The notes beneath the pieces are model-generated. The model saw nothing but the letters and a program-made list of their open reading frames with translations. It was not told the DNA's origin and searched no databases. The position numbers and the translations under genes were made by a program. Of a stretch of 64,000 bases of DNA, positions 7,352 through 16,555 are shown in pieces. The number at the start of each line of letters is the position of its first letter. Position 1 is the first letter of the stretch. This DNA is from Candidatus Alloenteromonas pullicola (GTDB lineage Bacteria > Bacillota_I > Bacilli_A > RFN20 > CAG-826): assembly GCA_018714785.1 (NCBI GenBank), contig DVMV01000015.1:732-64731 (forward strand). Direction: 5' to 3'.

Positions 7352-9066
7352 GGTCACTGTCTTATCTAAAAGGCCACATCCCAGCCACCATCCTCGCCCC
7401 CTGCCTGAAGGTCGTCGAGTGCATTTGCGAGCTCGTCGTCCCGTTTTTGGTCAAAGCCATAATCGACAATGGGCTTTCCGAGGACGGGTCGCACTTCCGC
7501 GACGCCTCCTACATCTTGACCCTATCCTCGATAATCCTCGCCCTTTCTTTCGTCGGCTTCGGGGCCACGATGGTCACCCAATACGTCGCCTCCAAGGTGA
7601 GCTGCGAGTTCGGGTATCGTCTGCGGGACGGCATATACAAGAAGATGAACGCCGTCTCCTCGCTTCAGCTGCAAAGCTATGGCAAGGCCAAGGCCCTCAA
7701 CCTGCTTTCCAACGACTCGTTTTCGCTGCAAAACGGGCTCTTCATGTTCATGAGGCTATTGGTCCGGGCGCCGTTTTTGACCCTTGGCTCAATCGTGGCG
7801 AGCTTCATCCTGAACGTCTATGCCGGCATCGCCGTCGTCTGCGCCCTCGCCCTATGCGCCGCGGTGGTGGCGGCCATATTGCTCATCACCCCGAAGCGCT
7901 ACAAGGCCATCCAGTCCGACCTCGACAAGATAAACCTCTCCGGAGGCGACGCGATCTCCGGCGCGAGGGTCATACGGAGCTTCAACAAGCAGGAGAGCTC
8001 GGCCGAGGGCTTCGTGAAGCTAAGCGAATCCTACCGCTCCAAGAGCAACTCATTGGCCAGGGTCAACGCCTTCCTGAACCCGCTGACCTTCGGGCTTGTC
8101 AACCTAGCCATCGTCGCGATCTTCTACCTCGGGTCGTATCAGTTCGACTATTCCGGCCTCTCGGTGGGCTCGATCGTCGCCATCATGAGCTTGCTGACCC
8201 AGTCGCTTACCTCGCTTATCCAATTCTCGAGGCTCGTCACCTCGCTTTCGAAGGCCTACGCCAGCAAGGTAAGAATCGATGGGTTCCTGACTTTGCCGAT
8301 CTCGATAGTCAGCGGCGACAAGGACCTTCCGGAGGTCAGGATGGGGGAAACCATATTTGAGCTGAGGCGCGCCTCGGTCTCCTATGGCGGCGAATCCCAT
8401 GCCTTAGACGGCATCGACTTCCATCTTGATAGGGGCGAGCGGATCGGGATATTGGGCGGTACCGGCTCTGGCAAATCCACCCTCATCGGCTTGCTCATGC
8501 GCTTCCTCGACCCAAGCGAGGGCGAAGTCCTTTATGGCGGCGTAAACCTCAAGGAGCTGAAGCTTGACCAGCTGCGCGCCCAGGTTGGATTGGTGTTGCA
8601 GAACAAAGAGCTCTTCAAAGGAACCATCCGGGACAACATCTGCTTGGGGCGCGAGTATGGCGACGAGCAGATAAAGGAAGCCCTGCGCATCGCCCAGGCC
8701 GAGGAATTCGTCTCCGGCTACCCTGATTGGGTCGATCATGAAGTCGAGGAGGGCGGGGCGAACTTCTCCGGCGGGCAGAAGCAAAGGCTGCTCATCGCCC
8801 GGGCGGTATTGTCGCACCGGAGCATCCTCATCCTAGACGACTCCACCTCCGCCCTCGACTACAAGACCGACGCCAAGGTGAGGTCGGCTTTATCAAAGAT
8901 CGAGGGCGTTTCCGTCCTGCTGATATCGCAAAGGGCCACCTCGATAAAGGACTGCGACCGGATATACGTCCTCGACGGCGGGAAGCTGGTCGGGGTTGGC
9001 AAGCACGACGAATTGCTTTCCTCTTGCCGGGTGTACCGCGAGACATTTGAGGCGCAGGTGAACTGA
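7348..9066 (+). CDS. ABC exporter fused permease/ATPase, subunit with a degenerate nucleotide site
   Basis: The product has six N-terminal TM helices, Walker A GGTGSGKST and signature FSGGQKQR. Walker B is ILILDDSTS (Asp in place of the catalytic Glu) and the H-loop position reads SQR. The start overlaps the upstream stop by 4 nt. Confidence 0.9.
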   Translation: MRSLSYLKGHIPATILAPCLKVVECICELVVPFLVKAIIDNGLSEDGSHFRDASYILTLSSIILALSFVGFGATMVTQYVASKVSCEFGYRLRDGIYKKMNAVSSLQLQSYGKAKALNLLSNDSFSLQNGLFMFMRLLVRAPFLTLGSIVASFILNVYAGIAVVCALALCAAVVAAILLITPKRYKAIQSDLDKINLSGGDAISGARVIRSFNKQESSAEGFVKLSESYRSKSNSLARVNAFLNPLTFGLVNLAIVAIFYLGSYQFDYSGLSVGSIVAIMSLLTQSLTSLIQFSRLVTSLSKAYASKVRIDGFLTLPISIVSGDKDLPEVRMGETIFELRRASVSYGGESHALDGIDFHLDRGERIGILGGTGSGKSTLIGLLMRFLDPSEGEVLYGGVNLKELKLDQLRAQVGLVLQNKELFKGTIRDNICLGREYGDEQIKEALRIAQAEEFVSGYPDWVDHEVEEGGANFSGGQKQRLLIARAVLSHRSILILDDSTSALDYKTDAKVRSALSKIEGVSVLLISQRATSIKDCDRIYVLDGGKLVGVGKHDELLSSCRVYRETFEAQVN

Positions 9067-9067
9067 T

Positions 9068-10786
9068 ATGAGACGCTTGAAGATATTGCTCCATTTCCTA
9101 AAAGGATCCTATCCCCTGGCATTCGCCTCGGTGCTCTTCGCTTTGATCTCGGTCGCCTCGAAGATGGCCATCCCCTTCCTGACTGGGCTATGCGTCGACA
9201 TGCTCGAGGACGGGAACTTCGCCATCTATCCCTACCTGATAGCCATGATTGGGCTGCTGCTTGCCGGCTCGGTTTTCCGCTATTTCTTCGACCTCTCGCT
9301 TTCATATATCGGCAACGCGGTAGTCAAGCGGATGCGCGACGCGGTCTACCGCAAATACCTCTCGGCCCCCATATCCTACATCGATTCGAGCAGCCACGGC
9401 GACCTATTGCAGCGGCTCGTCACAGACATCGAGAACGTCCAGACCGGCCTCATCACCGGGGCCGGGGCGGTGTACGAGGGGGCGGTGCAGATCCTCATAA
9501 CCCTCGGCTTCATGTTCTACCTGAACTACGCCTTGGCGCTTTTGGTCATAATCCTCACCCCGATCTCGGTGGTGGTCTCCAAGTTCATCTCCTCCCGCAA
9601 CGCCAGGTACTTCAACGAGCAGTCGAAGAAGCGGGGCATCCTCAATGGCTATGGCCTCGAGTCGATTTCCAATTTGCAGACCATCCAATCCTATGGGCTC
9701 AGCGGCATGAAGGAAGAAAGCTTCGATGAGCTGAACAAGCAGGTCCTATCCGCCAACTTCAAGGCCTCCTTCGCCGCCAGCTGGATCAACCCCGGGACGA
9801 GGCTGGTGAACAACCTCATCTACGCTTTGGTGATCCTGCTCGGCGCCTATTTATTGGTGAAGAACTACAGCCTCGGGGTTTCCTTCTCGGTCGGGGCTTT
9901 GTCCTCGTTCCTCACCTATTCGCTGCAGTACATGACCCCGTTCAACGAGATTTCCGATGCGGCGAGCGACGTCTTCTACGCCCTGACTAGTTTGCGGCGG
10001 GTCGACGCGGCCTTATCCTCGCAAGACGACCTTGATGAGGGGAAGGCCTCAATCGAGGGAGCCGTCGATTCGCTAGAAGCCAAGGACATGTGGTTCTCCT
10101 ACGATGGCAAGAAGCAGATAATCAAGGGCTTCTCGATCGACATCTACAAAGGCCACAAGATCGCCTTGGTCGGGCCGACCGGGTGCGGCAAGACCACCAT
10201 CATCAACCTGCTCATGCGCTTCTACGACCCCCAAAAGGGCGGATTCTATTTCAACGACGTCGATAGCCGCGACATAAGCAAGCGCAGCATGCGCAGCCAC
10301 ATCGGCATGGTGCTGCAGGATTGCTGGCTCTGCTCGGGGACGGTCAAGGAGAACATCGCCTTCGCTAGGCCCGACGCGAGCATGGAGGAGATAGTCGAGG
10401 CGGCCAAGAAAGCGCACGCGGACGGCTTCATCCGCCGCCTGCCGCAAGGATACGACACAGTGGTCTCCAATGCCTCGGGGCTATCGATGGGCGAGAAGCA
10501 GCTGCTCTGCGTCGCCCGCATCATGCTGCTCGCCCCGGAGATAATCCTCCTCGACGAGGCGACCTCCTCGATCGACCTCAGGACCGAGCTTGAGCTAAGC
10601 GCCTCCTTCGATGAGCTCATGAGGGGGAAGACCTCGATCGTGGTCGCCCACCGCCTTTCGACCATCAAAAACGCCGACCTCATCCTGGTGATGAAGTCGG
10701 GCGAGATTATCGAGCGCGGGAACTTCGAGGAGCTCATGGCCCAAGGCGGGTTCTTCAAGGAGCTATACGACTCGCAGCTTTCCTAA
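9068..10786 (+). CDS. ABC exporter fused permease/ATPase, subunit with the consensus nucleotide site
   Basis: Walker A GPTGCGKTT, Walker B IILLDEATS, H-loop VAHRLS, and a degenerate signature LSMGEKQ. The gene starts 1 nt after the upstream stop. Confidence 0.9.
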   Translation: MRRLKILLHFLKGSYPLAFASVLFALISVASKMAIPFLTGLCVDMLEDGNFAIYPYLIAMIGLLLAGSVFRYFFDLSLSYIGNAVVKRMRDAVYRKYLSAPISYIDSSSHGDLLQRLVTDIENVQTGLITGAGAVYEGAVQILITLGFMFYLNYALALLVIILTPISVVVSKFISSRNARYFNEQSKKRGILNGYGLESISNLQTIQSYGLSGMKEESFDELNKQVLSANFKASFAASWINPGTRLVNNLIYALVILLGAYLLVKNYSLGVSFSVGALSSFLTYSLQYMTPFNEISDAASDVFYALTSLRRVDAALSSQDDLDEGKASIEGAVDSLEAKDMWFSYDGKKQIIKGFSIDIYKGHKIALVGPTGCGKTTIINLLMRFYDPQKGGFYFNDVDSRDISKRSMRSHIGMVLQDCWLCSGTVKENIAFARPDASMEEIVEAAKKAHADGFIRRLPQGYDTVVSNASGLSMGEKQLLCVARIMLLAPEIILLDEATSSIDLRTELELSASFDELMRGKTSIVVAHRLSTIKNADLILVMKSGEIIERGNFEELMAQGGFFKELYDSQLS

Positions 10787-11331
10787 AACCTCGGGTCGGA
10801 GCAGATGCCCTGCTTGACGTAGGGCTTGGCCATGATGATGCCGGTCCGGTCGGGGATGTCCATCTCCGCTCCCTCGCTTACCATATAGAAGCCAAGCGAT
10901 TTCAAAAACTCGATGCCCGGGGCGTTTAACCGGCTTATCGGGGCGAAGAAGGTCGTCTTCGACAGCAACGAGGACAGCGAATTGAACATCTCCGTCCCCT
11001 TCTTCTTTAGCCTATCCATCGGGTCGACGCATAGGAACCGGAGCAAGGCGATGTCCTCGCCTTTGAAGGGTATTGTTGAGAGGAGGTCGTCCTCTTTCCG
11101 GTATCGGCTTTTGCCGGAAAATATCGGCTCCAACGTGCGGCTGAAGCAAAGCAATCCGACGCACTTCCCGCGGTCGGCGTATAGATATACGCCATCAAAA
11201 TCGTTCGAATCGAAAGTATAATAGGGGAAGTAGGGCGGAAGATGGTCCTCTTGCAGGGACAGCTCCACCCTCCCCAACAGCTTTTCTATCGATTTGGAAT
11301 CGCTCGCAACGGCCTTGCGGAAAACCTGCAT
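10783..11331 (-). CDS. GNAT-family N-acetyltransferase (putative)
   Basis: The 182-aa product has a GNAT-like core (LLRFLCVDPMDRLKKKGTEMFNSL...LKSLGFYMV). It is convergent with the ABC gene, with a 4-nt overlap. Confidence 0.55.
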   Translation of the reverse strand: MQVFRKAVASDSKSIEKLLGRVELSLQEDHLPPYFPYYTFDSNDFDGVYLYADRGKCVGLLCFSRTLEPIFSGKSRYRKEDDLLSTIPFKGEDIALLRFLCVDPMDRLKKKGTEMFNSLSSLLSKTTFFAPISRLNAPGIEFLKSLGFYMVSEGAEMDIPDRTGIIMAKPYVKQGICSDPRF

Positions 11332-11358
11332 GGGGTTATCTTATCGCAGCGGCAATTT

Positions 11359-14300
11359 ATGTACAAATTCGAGTCCAATGGTTCAAATAGGTCCTCTAGG
11401 GCCAGGTTCCGGTTCGTCTTCACGACCGGCGAGGACCGCTATCCGGAGGTAGATGACGATCTCTTCGCGTTGTCCTCATTGAGCTTCGACCTGAATACCG
11501 TCTTCGTGCCTTCCTATCACCGGGTGGACGAAGAAGAGAAAAGGCGGGTGGCCAGCTTCGATCCGCTTGATTATCAGTGCATCGCGGTCAGGGTGTCCTC
11601 CTCTAAGGTCGACGATATCTTGCTTTGCCATAACGGATCGTTGCTCCCAGCCTACGTGATCACCGCCTCCGGATTGATAAAGGAGGCCATCTACGAGCCT
11701 TTCGGATTGGTCGAGGATGGCAAGGAGTACACATATAGCGACCTATTGCTCCTTTTCGGGGACGAGCAGCAGGCCAAGCAGCCCGAATCCTTCGCCCCCA
11801 CGAAGCAGGGAAAGGTCGCAAACCTCGGCTATTTCACCCCATCGCCAAGCGATGATGAGGAGGAAGATGAGGCGCCTGCGGAGAAGGTCGAGGTGCCCTC
11901 TTATTTCGCCGCCTCAAGCAAGAAAAGCTTCAAGAACACATTCTCCAAGCGGATAAGAAGCCAGAAACAGGAGGAAGAAGCGGAAGAGGATGATTCCCCG
12001 GCCCCCAATATCGAGGTGGCCCGGCCGAGCTTCGTTCCCTCATCGTCTAAAAAGCCCAAGGCCATCCGCGACCCAAAAGGCGATAGGCTCTCGCCGATAA
12101 GACGGGAGCCGGAGGAAAGCCCCAAGCCGTTTGACATAAAGAAGGTCAAGCAGGCCTTTTCACCATACTCGAAGAAGGCGGTCCCGAACCTCAACGCCAA
12201 CCCGAATTACCGCCCGCCCAAGCAGGCTAGGGGGATGTGCTTCGCCCAATACGACTTCCGCCCCAACCCCAGGAAGCCGATCCTCTCCCGCCTGTCGCAG
12301 CTGGTTGGGCCATACCGCGACGAATACGCGCTGTCCATGGCAGCCAAGGCCCTAAGCCGGATAAGCGAGGCCAGGTTCTACCGCAACGCCATCTTCTCAC
12401 CGGTGCCGGAGATGGATGACAGGATATATTCGCTACTTAAGCCCTTCGAGGCCGACAAATGGGTGCCGCTGGTGGCCCTGACCGACCAGAACAAGAGCCA
12501 GGTCGGGGCGATGCTGCTTTGCCTTGGCGAGGACCCATCGCTGGTGATAAACCTCTGCCCGGACAGGAAAACCGGCATCATCTTTGCCTATTCCGACCAC
12601 GGCTGCACCGTCGAGGGGCAGTTCTCCTCGGCGACGTTCTTCGATCTGTATTCCCGCTCGCAGCGTTCCCCGGAGGCCGTCGAGGAGAGGCCAAAGCCCA
12701 AACCAAAGCGCGAAGAGCCAAAATCCGAGCCTGAGCAGACGCAGAATCAAGACGAGATCGACGAAGCGATCTCCGACTTCATCGACCAGGAGAATGAGGA
12801 GCGCCGGGTCTTCGCCTCCGCCTATTTCCTGAAAAGCGCCAAGCAGCTTTATTCCGACCACCCCGAGGCGGAGCAGGAGATATCCGAGCTCATCCACCGC
12901 CTATTGACCTATTCCGAGCCCTCCCTCAATCAGATGCTGAGCTCGAGGAACAACAAGGAGATCAAGCAGACCGGTAAGATCAGAAAGTTCCGCCTCAACG
13001 GCAGCCAGTACAAGGCAGCGCGGGTCTTCTACCGCCGCGGATACGATTTCTCCTGCACCGGGGAGTTCTCCGACCGCTTCTACTGCGCCTCGGACTTCTT
13101 CCTGCTCGACATCTGCCCGCCCTCCCGGCACGACCAGCAGGGCGAGTTCGCCGAGCTGCTCCTTAGCCGCCTAAACACCGACAACCTATATGAGCGGATG
13201 CTGCTTAAGCGAGGCAACAGCAAGGAGATCGACTCCATCGCCTATCCCTCGAAGCGCCAGTTCGCCTTGGTCAAGAGCCTGGTCAGCCTGCCGCCTCTGG
13301 CCTTCATCGGCTCGGCCGGGACGGGGAAGACGCTGCTTTCCATCGAGAACTGCCTATGCCTGCAAGGCGAGGGCAGGACGCTTTACCTCACCTATGAGCC
13401 GAGCCTACGCGACTACGCCGCCGACAAGCTGCAGGAGATGGGGCATGGCGACGTGGTCTGCCATACCTTCATCTCGCTTTCGACCGCCGAGCTGGGTGAG
13501 CATGAGCTCTCCTTCGAGGAGGATTTCCTCTCCTTCTTCTCGACTTACCTGTCGCGATACCGCAAGTCGGAGAAGACCTTCGCCGCCCTAAGCGCCGACA
13601 AAGAGGAGCAGGGCCGGATCGCCTACCTCTACATCCGCGGCTACCTCTTCGGCTCCGACTCCAATGCCGTCAAGCCGATGAAGAAGGCGGACTTCTGCGC
13701 CTACCTCACCTCGGAGGAAGGCTACCCCCTCGACGTCGCCGAGGCGGTCTATGACCTTGGCGAGGAATACGAGAGGGAGATAAGGCGTCTAGGCAAGCTA
13801 ACCGACAACGATCTGGCTTCGCTGCTGCTGCTGCAAAAGAAGCGCAAAAGCCTCTCTTTCGACTCGATAATCATCGACGAATACCAAGATCTGACGCCGC
13901 TGCAGTTCCTTTCGCTATTGGATTACCTGCCGGATTCGAAGCTGATACCGCTCTACCTATACGGGGACGAGAACCAGTCGGTCAACCCGACCATCTTCTC
14001 GCTTTCGAAAGCCAACCAGCTGCTTTATTCGCATTTCGGAAGGCCGATCAGCATCGACACCCATAGGCTAAGCGGGTCTTACCGCACCGGGCCGAGCCTG
14101 CTGGGCTTCATAAACGGCATGAAGGCCATCAAGCGCGACCGCATCGGGGCGCAGAAGGCGATACTTGACGAGCCGGAGACCAGCTTCCGCCTCGACGCCG
14201 ACGATTTGTTCGTGAGCTACCTCGACATCGGCTCCGACCTCTGCCCATTGGTGAGTTTGGCGTTCAAGTCGAACGAGGATTTCGTCTTCCTCTTCCCCTC

Positions 14301-15126
14301 CTCGGAGTCCTGCGAGCGGGCCAAGGAGGCTGTCAAAGGCAAGCTTGAGGGGATCGGCGACTACGCGGATACCTCCTTCCTGCCGATCGAGCAGGCCAAG
14401 GGCAGGGAATGGGACGGGGTGATACTCGTCGACTTCCTGACCGAGTTCGGCCCCGAGTTTGCCGAGTGCCTCTCCGGCGAGCAGAAGAAGGGGCGCCACG
14501 TGACCTCGCTCCGGATGATGTTCAACCGGCTTTACGTGGGGTTGACCCGGGCCAAGAACCGGATCCTGATAACCGAATCCAATGCCCCGAAGGGGTCGTT
14601 CGACAAGCTGCTGTCATCGCTGCAGAAGTTCCGCCTGGAGGACGTCAGGTCGATATTCTCCAATTCCATCGACCCCGAAAGGTGGAAGAGCCACGGGAAG
14701 ATCCTGCTGCGCGACGGCGACTACGAAGGCGCCAGGCGGGCGTTCGTCAGGGCGTTGCCCGACCCCGAGGCCAAATCGCTGCTGTCCAAAGCCGAGTTCT
14801 ACATCGATAACATGGCCAAGCTCAGCCGCCACGAAAGCGGCGATTGGCAAAGCCGCTTCATCGACTTCCTTATACAGGAGAAGGACTACCGCAACCTCGA
14901 GCGCGCCTACCTCGATCTGGGGCTTAACGCCAAGCTGGACTTCCTCTCCCAAGTCAGGGCGGAGGACCGCAAGGCGGCGCTATCTTCGTTCAGGAAGATC
15001 GTCGAGAAGTCGACTTTCCACGAGAAGACTTTCTTCTTCACGCTGCTATCCTATTCGTATGTGAGGGATATAATCGGCAAGGACAAAATGCTGAAAAAGG
15101 AGGAAAAAGAAGATGGAAAACGCTGA
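11359..15126 (+). CDS. SF1 (UvrD/Rep-like) helicase-domain protein with a ~620-aa uncharacterised N-terminal half and a TPR-like tail
   Basis: I start at the ATG at 11359 because listed ORF 11242 would overlap the divergent GNAT gene. SF1 motifs are GSAGTGKT (~13309), IIIDEYQDL (~13871), LYGDENQSV, SYRTGP, EQAKGREWDGVILVD and LYVGLTRAKNRILI. Two K/E/P/S-rich low-complexity linkers lie in the N-terminal half. Confidence 0.8.
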   Translation: MYKFESNGSNRSSRARFRFVFTTGEDRYPEVDDDLFALSSLSFDLNTVFVPSYHRVDEEEKRRVASFDPLDYQCIAVRVSSSKVDDILLCHNGSLLPAYVITASGLIKEAIYEPFGLVEDGKEYTYSDLLLLFGDEQQAKQPESFAPTKQGKVANLGYFTPSPSDDEEEDEAPAEKVEVPSYFAASSKKSFKNTFSKRIRSQKQEEEAEEDDSPAPNIEVARPSFVPSSSKKPKAIRDPKGDRLSPIRREPEESPKPFDIKKVKQAFSPYSKKAVPNLNANPNYRPPKQARGMCFAQYDFRPNPRKPILSRLSQLVGPYRDEYALSMAAKALSRISEARFYRNAIFSPVPEMDDRIYSLLKPFEADKWVPLVALTDQNKSQVGAMLLCLGEDPSLVINLCPDRKTGIIFAYSDHGCTVEGQFSSATFFDLYSRSQRSPEAVEERPKPKPKREEPKSEPEQTQNQDEIDEAISDFIDQENEERRVFASAYFLKSAKQLYSDHPEAEQEISELIHRLLTYSEPSLNQMLSSRNNKEIKQTGKIRKFRLNGSQYKAARVFYRRGYDFSCTGEFSDRFYCASDFFLLDICPPSRHDQQGEFAELLLSRLNTDNLYERMLLKRGNSKEIDSIAYPSKRQFALVKSLVSLPPLAFIGSAGTGKTLLSIENCLCLQGEGRTLYLTYEPSLRDYAADKLQEMGHGDVVCHTFISLSTAELGEHELSFEEDFLSFFSTYLSRYRKSEKTFAALSADKEEQGRIAYLYIRGYLFGSDSNAVKPMKKADFCAYLTSEEGYPLDVAEAVYDLGEEYEREIRRLGKLTDNDLASLLLLQKKRKSLSFDSIIIDEYQDLTPLQFLSLLDYLPDSKLIPLYLYGDENQSVNPTIFSLSKANQLLYSHFGRPISIDTHRLSGSYRTGPSLLGFINGMKAIKRDRIGAQKAILDEPETSFRLDADDLFVSYLDIGSDLCPLVSLAFKSNEDFVFLFPSSESCERAKEAVKGKLEGIGDYADTSFLPIEQAKGREWDGVILVDFLTEFGPEFAECLSGEQKKGRHVTSLRMMFNRLYVGLTRAKNRILITESNAPKGSFDKLLSSLQKFRLEDVRSIFSNSIDPERWKSHGKILLRDGDYEGARRAFVRALPDPEAKSLLSKAEFYIDNMAKLSRHESGDWQSRFIDFLIQEKDYRNLERAYLDLGLNAKLDFLSQVRAEDRKAALSSFRKIVEKSTFHEKTFFFTLLSYSYVRDIIGKDKMLKKEEKEDGKR

Positions 15127-15514
15127 CGACAGGCTGATAAAGACCTTGACCAGGCTCGATGAGATGTCGGAAAGCCTGGATTCCATCGCCGAAGTTGAAT
15201 CGCGCTTCGACAAGCGGCTGAAGGAAATGGAGTCCGACGTCGAGGGCCTCTTCTCGACCATAAACGACATCAGCGGCAAGCTCGATGCCCTTTCGGGCGC
15301 CCTTGACCGCCTGACCGATGCGGCCAAGCGGCTATCCGGGGTGCAGGAGCAGGGCAAGCGGCTTGCCGAGCTGATCGGCGGACTCGACCCGGAGAAGCTA
15401 AGCGCGAGCCTCGAGGAATCGTCGGAGAAGCTGCTCGACGTCTATGGGAAGCTCGAGGCGCTGAAAAGCAAATCTGGCAACAAGGTGATGAAGAAGGCCA
15501 AGAAGAAGGAATGA
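15113..15514 (+). CDS. Hypothetical coiled-coil protein (133 aa)
   Basis: The sequence is heptad-like and rich in Leu, Glu, Lys and Ser, with a basic tail (KKAKKKE). It overlaps the helicase gene by 14 nt and the next gene by 4 nt (ATGA). Confidence 0.6.
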   Translation: MENADDRLIKTLTRLDEMSESLDSIAEVESRFDKRLKEMESDVEGLFSTINDISGKLDALSGALDRLTDAAKRLSGVQEQGKRLAELIGGLDPEKLSASLEESSEKLLDVYGKLEALKSKSGNKVMKKAKKKE

Positions 15515-16467
15515 GCCGCGATCCGAGGATAGTTTCCAAGACGATGTCCGCCATAAGGGGCAAGGACACCGGAATCGAGCTTAAGCTGCGCAAAGCCCTT
15601 TTTGATGATGGCTTCCGCTTCCTTTGCTGCTCGCCCAAGGCTTTCGGCCACCCCGATATATTGTTCCGCCGCGAGAGGGTGGCGGTGTTCCTGGATTCGG
15701 AGTTCTGGCACGGGTATCGCTTCGCGGAGAACGAGGCCAAGATAAAGAGCCACCGCGACTATTGGATACCGAAGATCATGCGCAACATGGCCCGCGACGA
15801 GGAAGTCAACGCCGAATTGGCCAAGCGCGGATACAAGGTCATGCGCTATTGGGGCTTCGAGGTCAACAAGGACCTGGAGCGGGTGAAGTCGGAAGTCGAG
15901 GAGGTGGTGCAGATCAGGCGCTCCGCCCTCGACCGGTGCCATCGCATAAAGGAGCTGACGACTTTATCGTATTACCGGAAGGACGGAAAATACCTGCTGC
16001 TCTACCGAGACAAGAAGGAGCACGACCTCAATCAGGGGAAGTACATCGGCATCGGTGGCCACGTCGAGGCCGGAGAGACCTACCTAGAGGCCTCGAAGCG
16101 CGAGTTCTTCGAAGAGACCGGCCTGACGGTGAGGAAGCAGCGGTATATCGCCAAGATAGATTTCGTCAACGAAAACTGCGTGGAGCGGATGTATCTCTTC
16201 CGCGTCGACGCGGTTGATGGCGAGCTTTCGCGTGATTGCGATGAGGGGGAACTGGTGTTCGTCGAATCGTCGAGAATGGGCGAGGTTCCTATGTGGGAAG
16301 GCGATAGGATATTCCTCCCCCTGCTGGACGAGGAATCCCCGTCGCCATACTCAATGACCCTTATTTACCGTGGCTCTTGTTTGCTTGATTGCATCGGGCC
16401 GTATAAGGAACTTAAAGTCAACTCCAAGAAAACGCACAATGCAAAAAAGTTTAAAAAAAGCACTTGA
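15511..16467 (+). CDS. Vsr-like (very-short-patch repair type) endonuclease fused to a Nudix hydrolase
   Basis: The N-terminal ~135 aa match Vsr blocks (SKTMSAIRGKDTGIELKLRKAL; GHPDILF; FLDSEFWHG; YWIPKIMRNMARD; GYKVMRYWGFEV). The C-terminal half has a canonical Nudix box, GHVEAGETYLEASKREFFEETGL. Confidence 0.8.
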   Translation: MSRDPRIVSKTMSAIRGKDTGIELKLRKALFDDGFRFLCCSPKAFGHPDILFRRERVAVFLDSEFWHGYRFAENEAKIKSHRDYWIPKIMRNMARDEEVNAELAKRGYKVMRYWGFEVNKDLERVKSEVEEVVQIRRSALDRCHRIKELTTLSYYRKDGKYLLLYRDKKEHDLNQGKYIGIGGHVEAGETYLEASKREFFEETGLTVRKQRYIAKIDFVNENCVERMYLFRVDAVDGELSRDCDEGELVFVESSRMGEVPMWEGDRIFLPLLDEESPSPYSMTLIYRGSCLLDCIGPYKELKVNSKKTHNAKKFKKST

Positions 16468-16519
16468 CGTGGTGCCAATTTTTTATAAAATAACTGCGCT
16501 CTCGGATGGCCCGACCCCT

Positions 16520-16541
16520 AGCCCATTCGGGGGCTTTTTTT
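16520..16541 (+). terminator. Probable terminator after the Vsr-Nudix gene
   Basis: A short stem (AGCCC / GGGCT) is followed by a run of seven T. Confidence 0.5.
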
Positions 16542-16555
16542 GTATCATATTGCCC

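Noticed and set aside
16464-16491. A promoter-like TTGACG - 16 nt - TAAAAT overlapping the stop codon of the Vsr-Nudix gene.
   Set aside because: It lies upstream of the hairpin/T7 terminator at 16520..16541, so a transcript from it would terminate before the next ATG at 16556. It could mark a tiny RNA or an attenuator, but the evidence is a motif match only.
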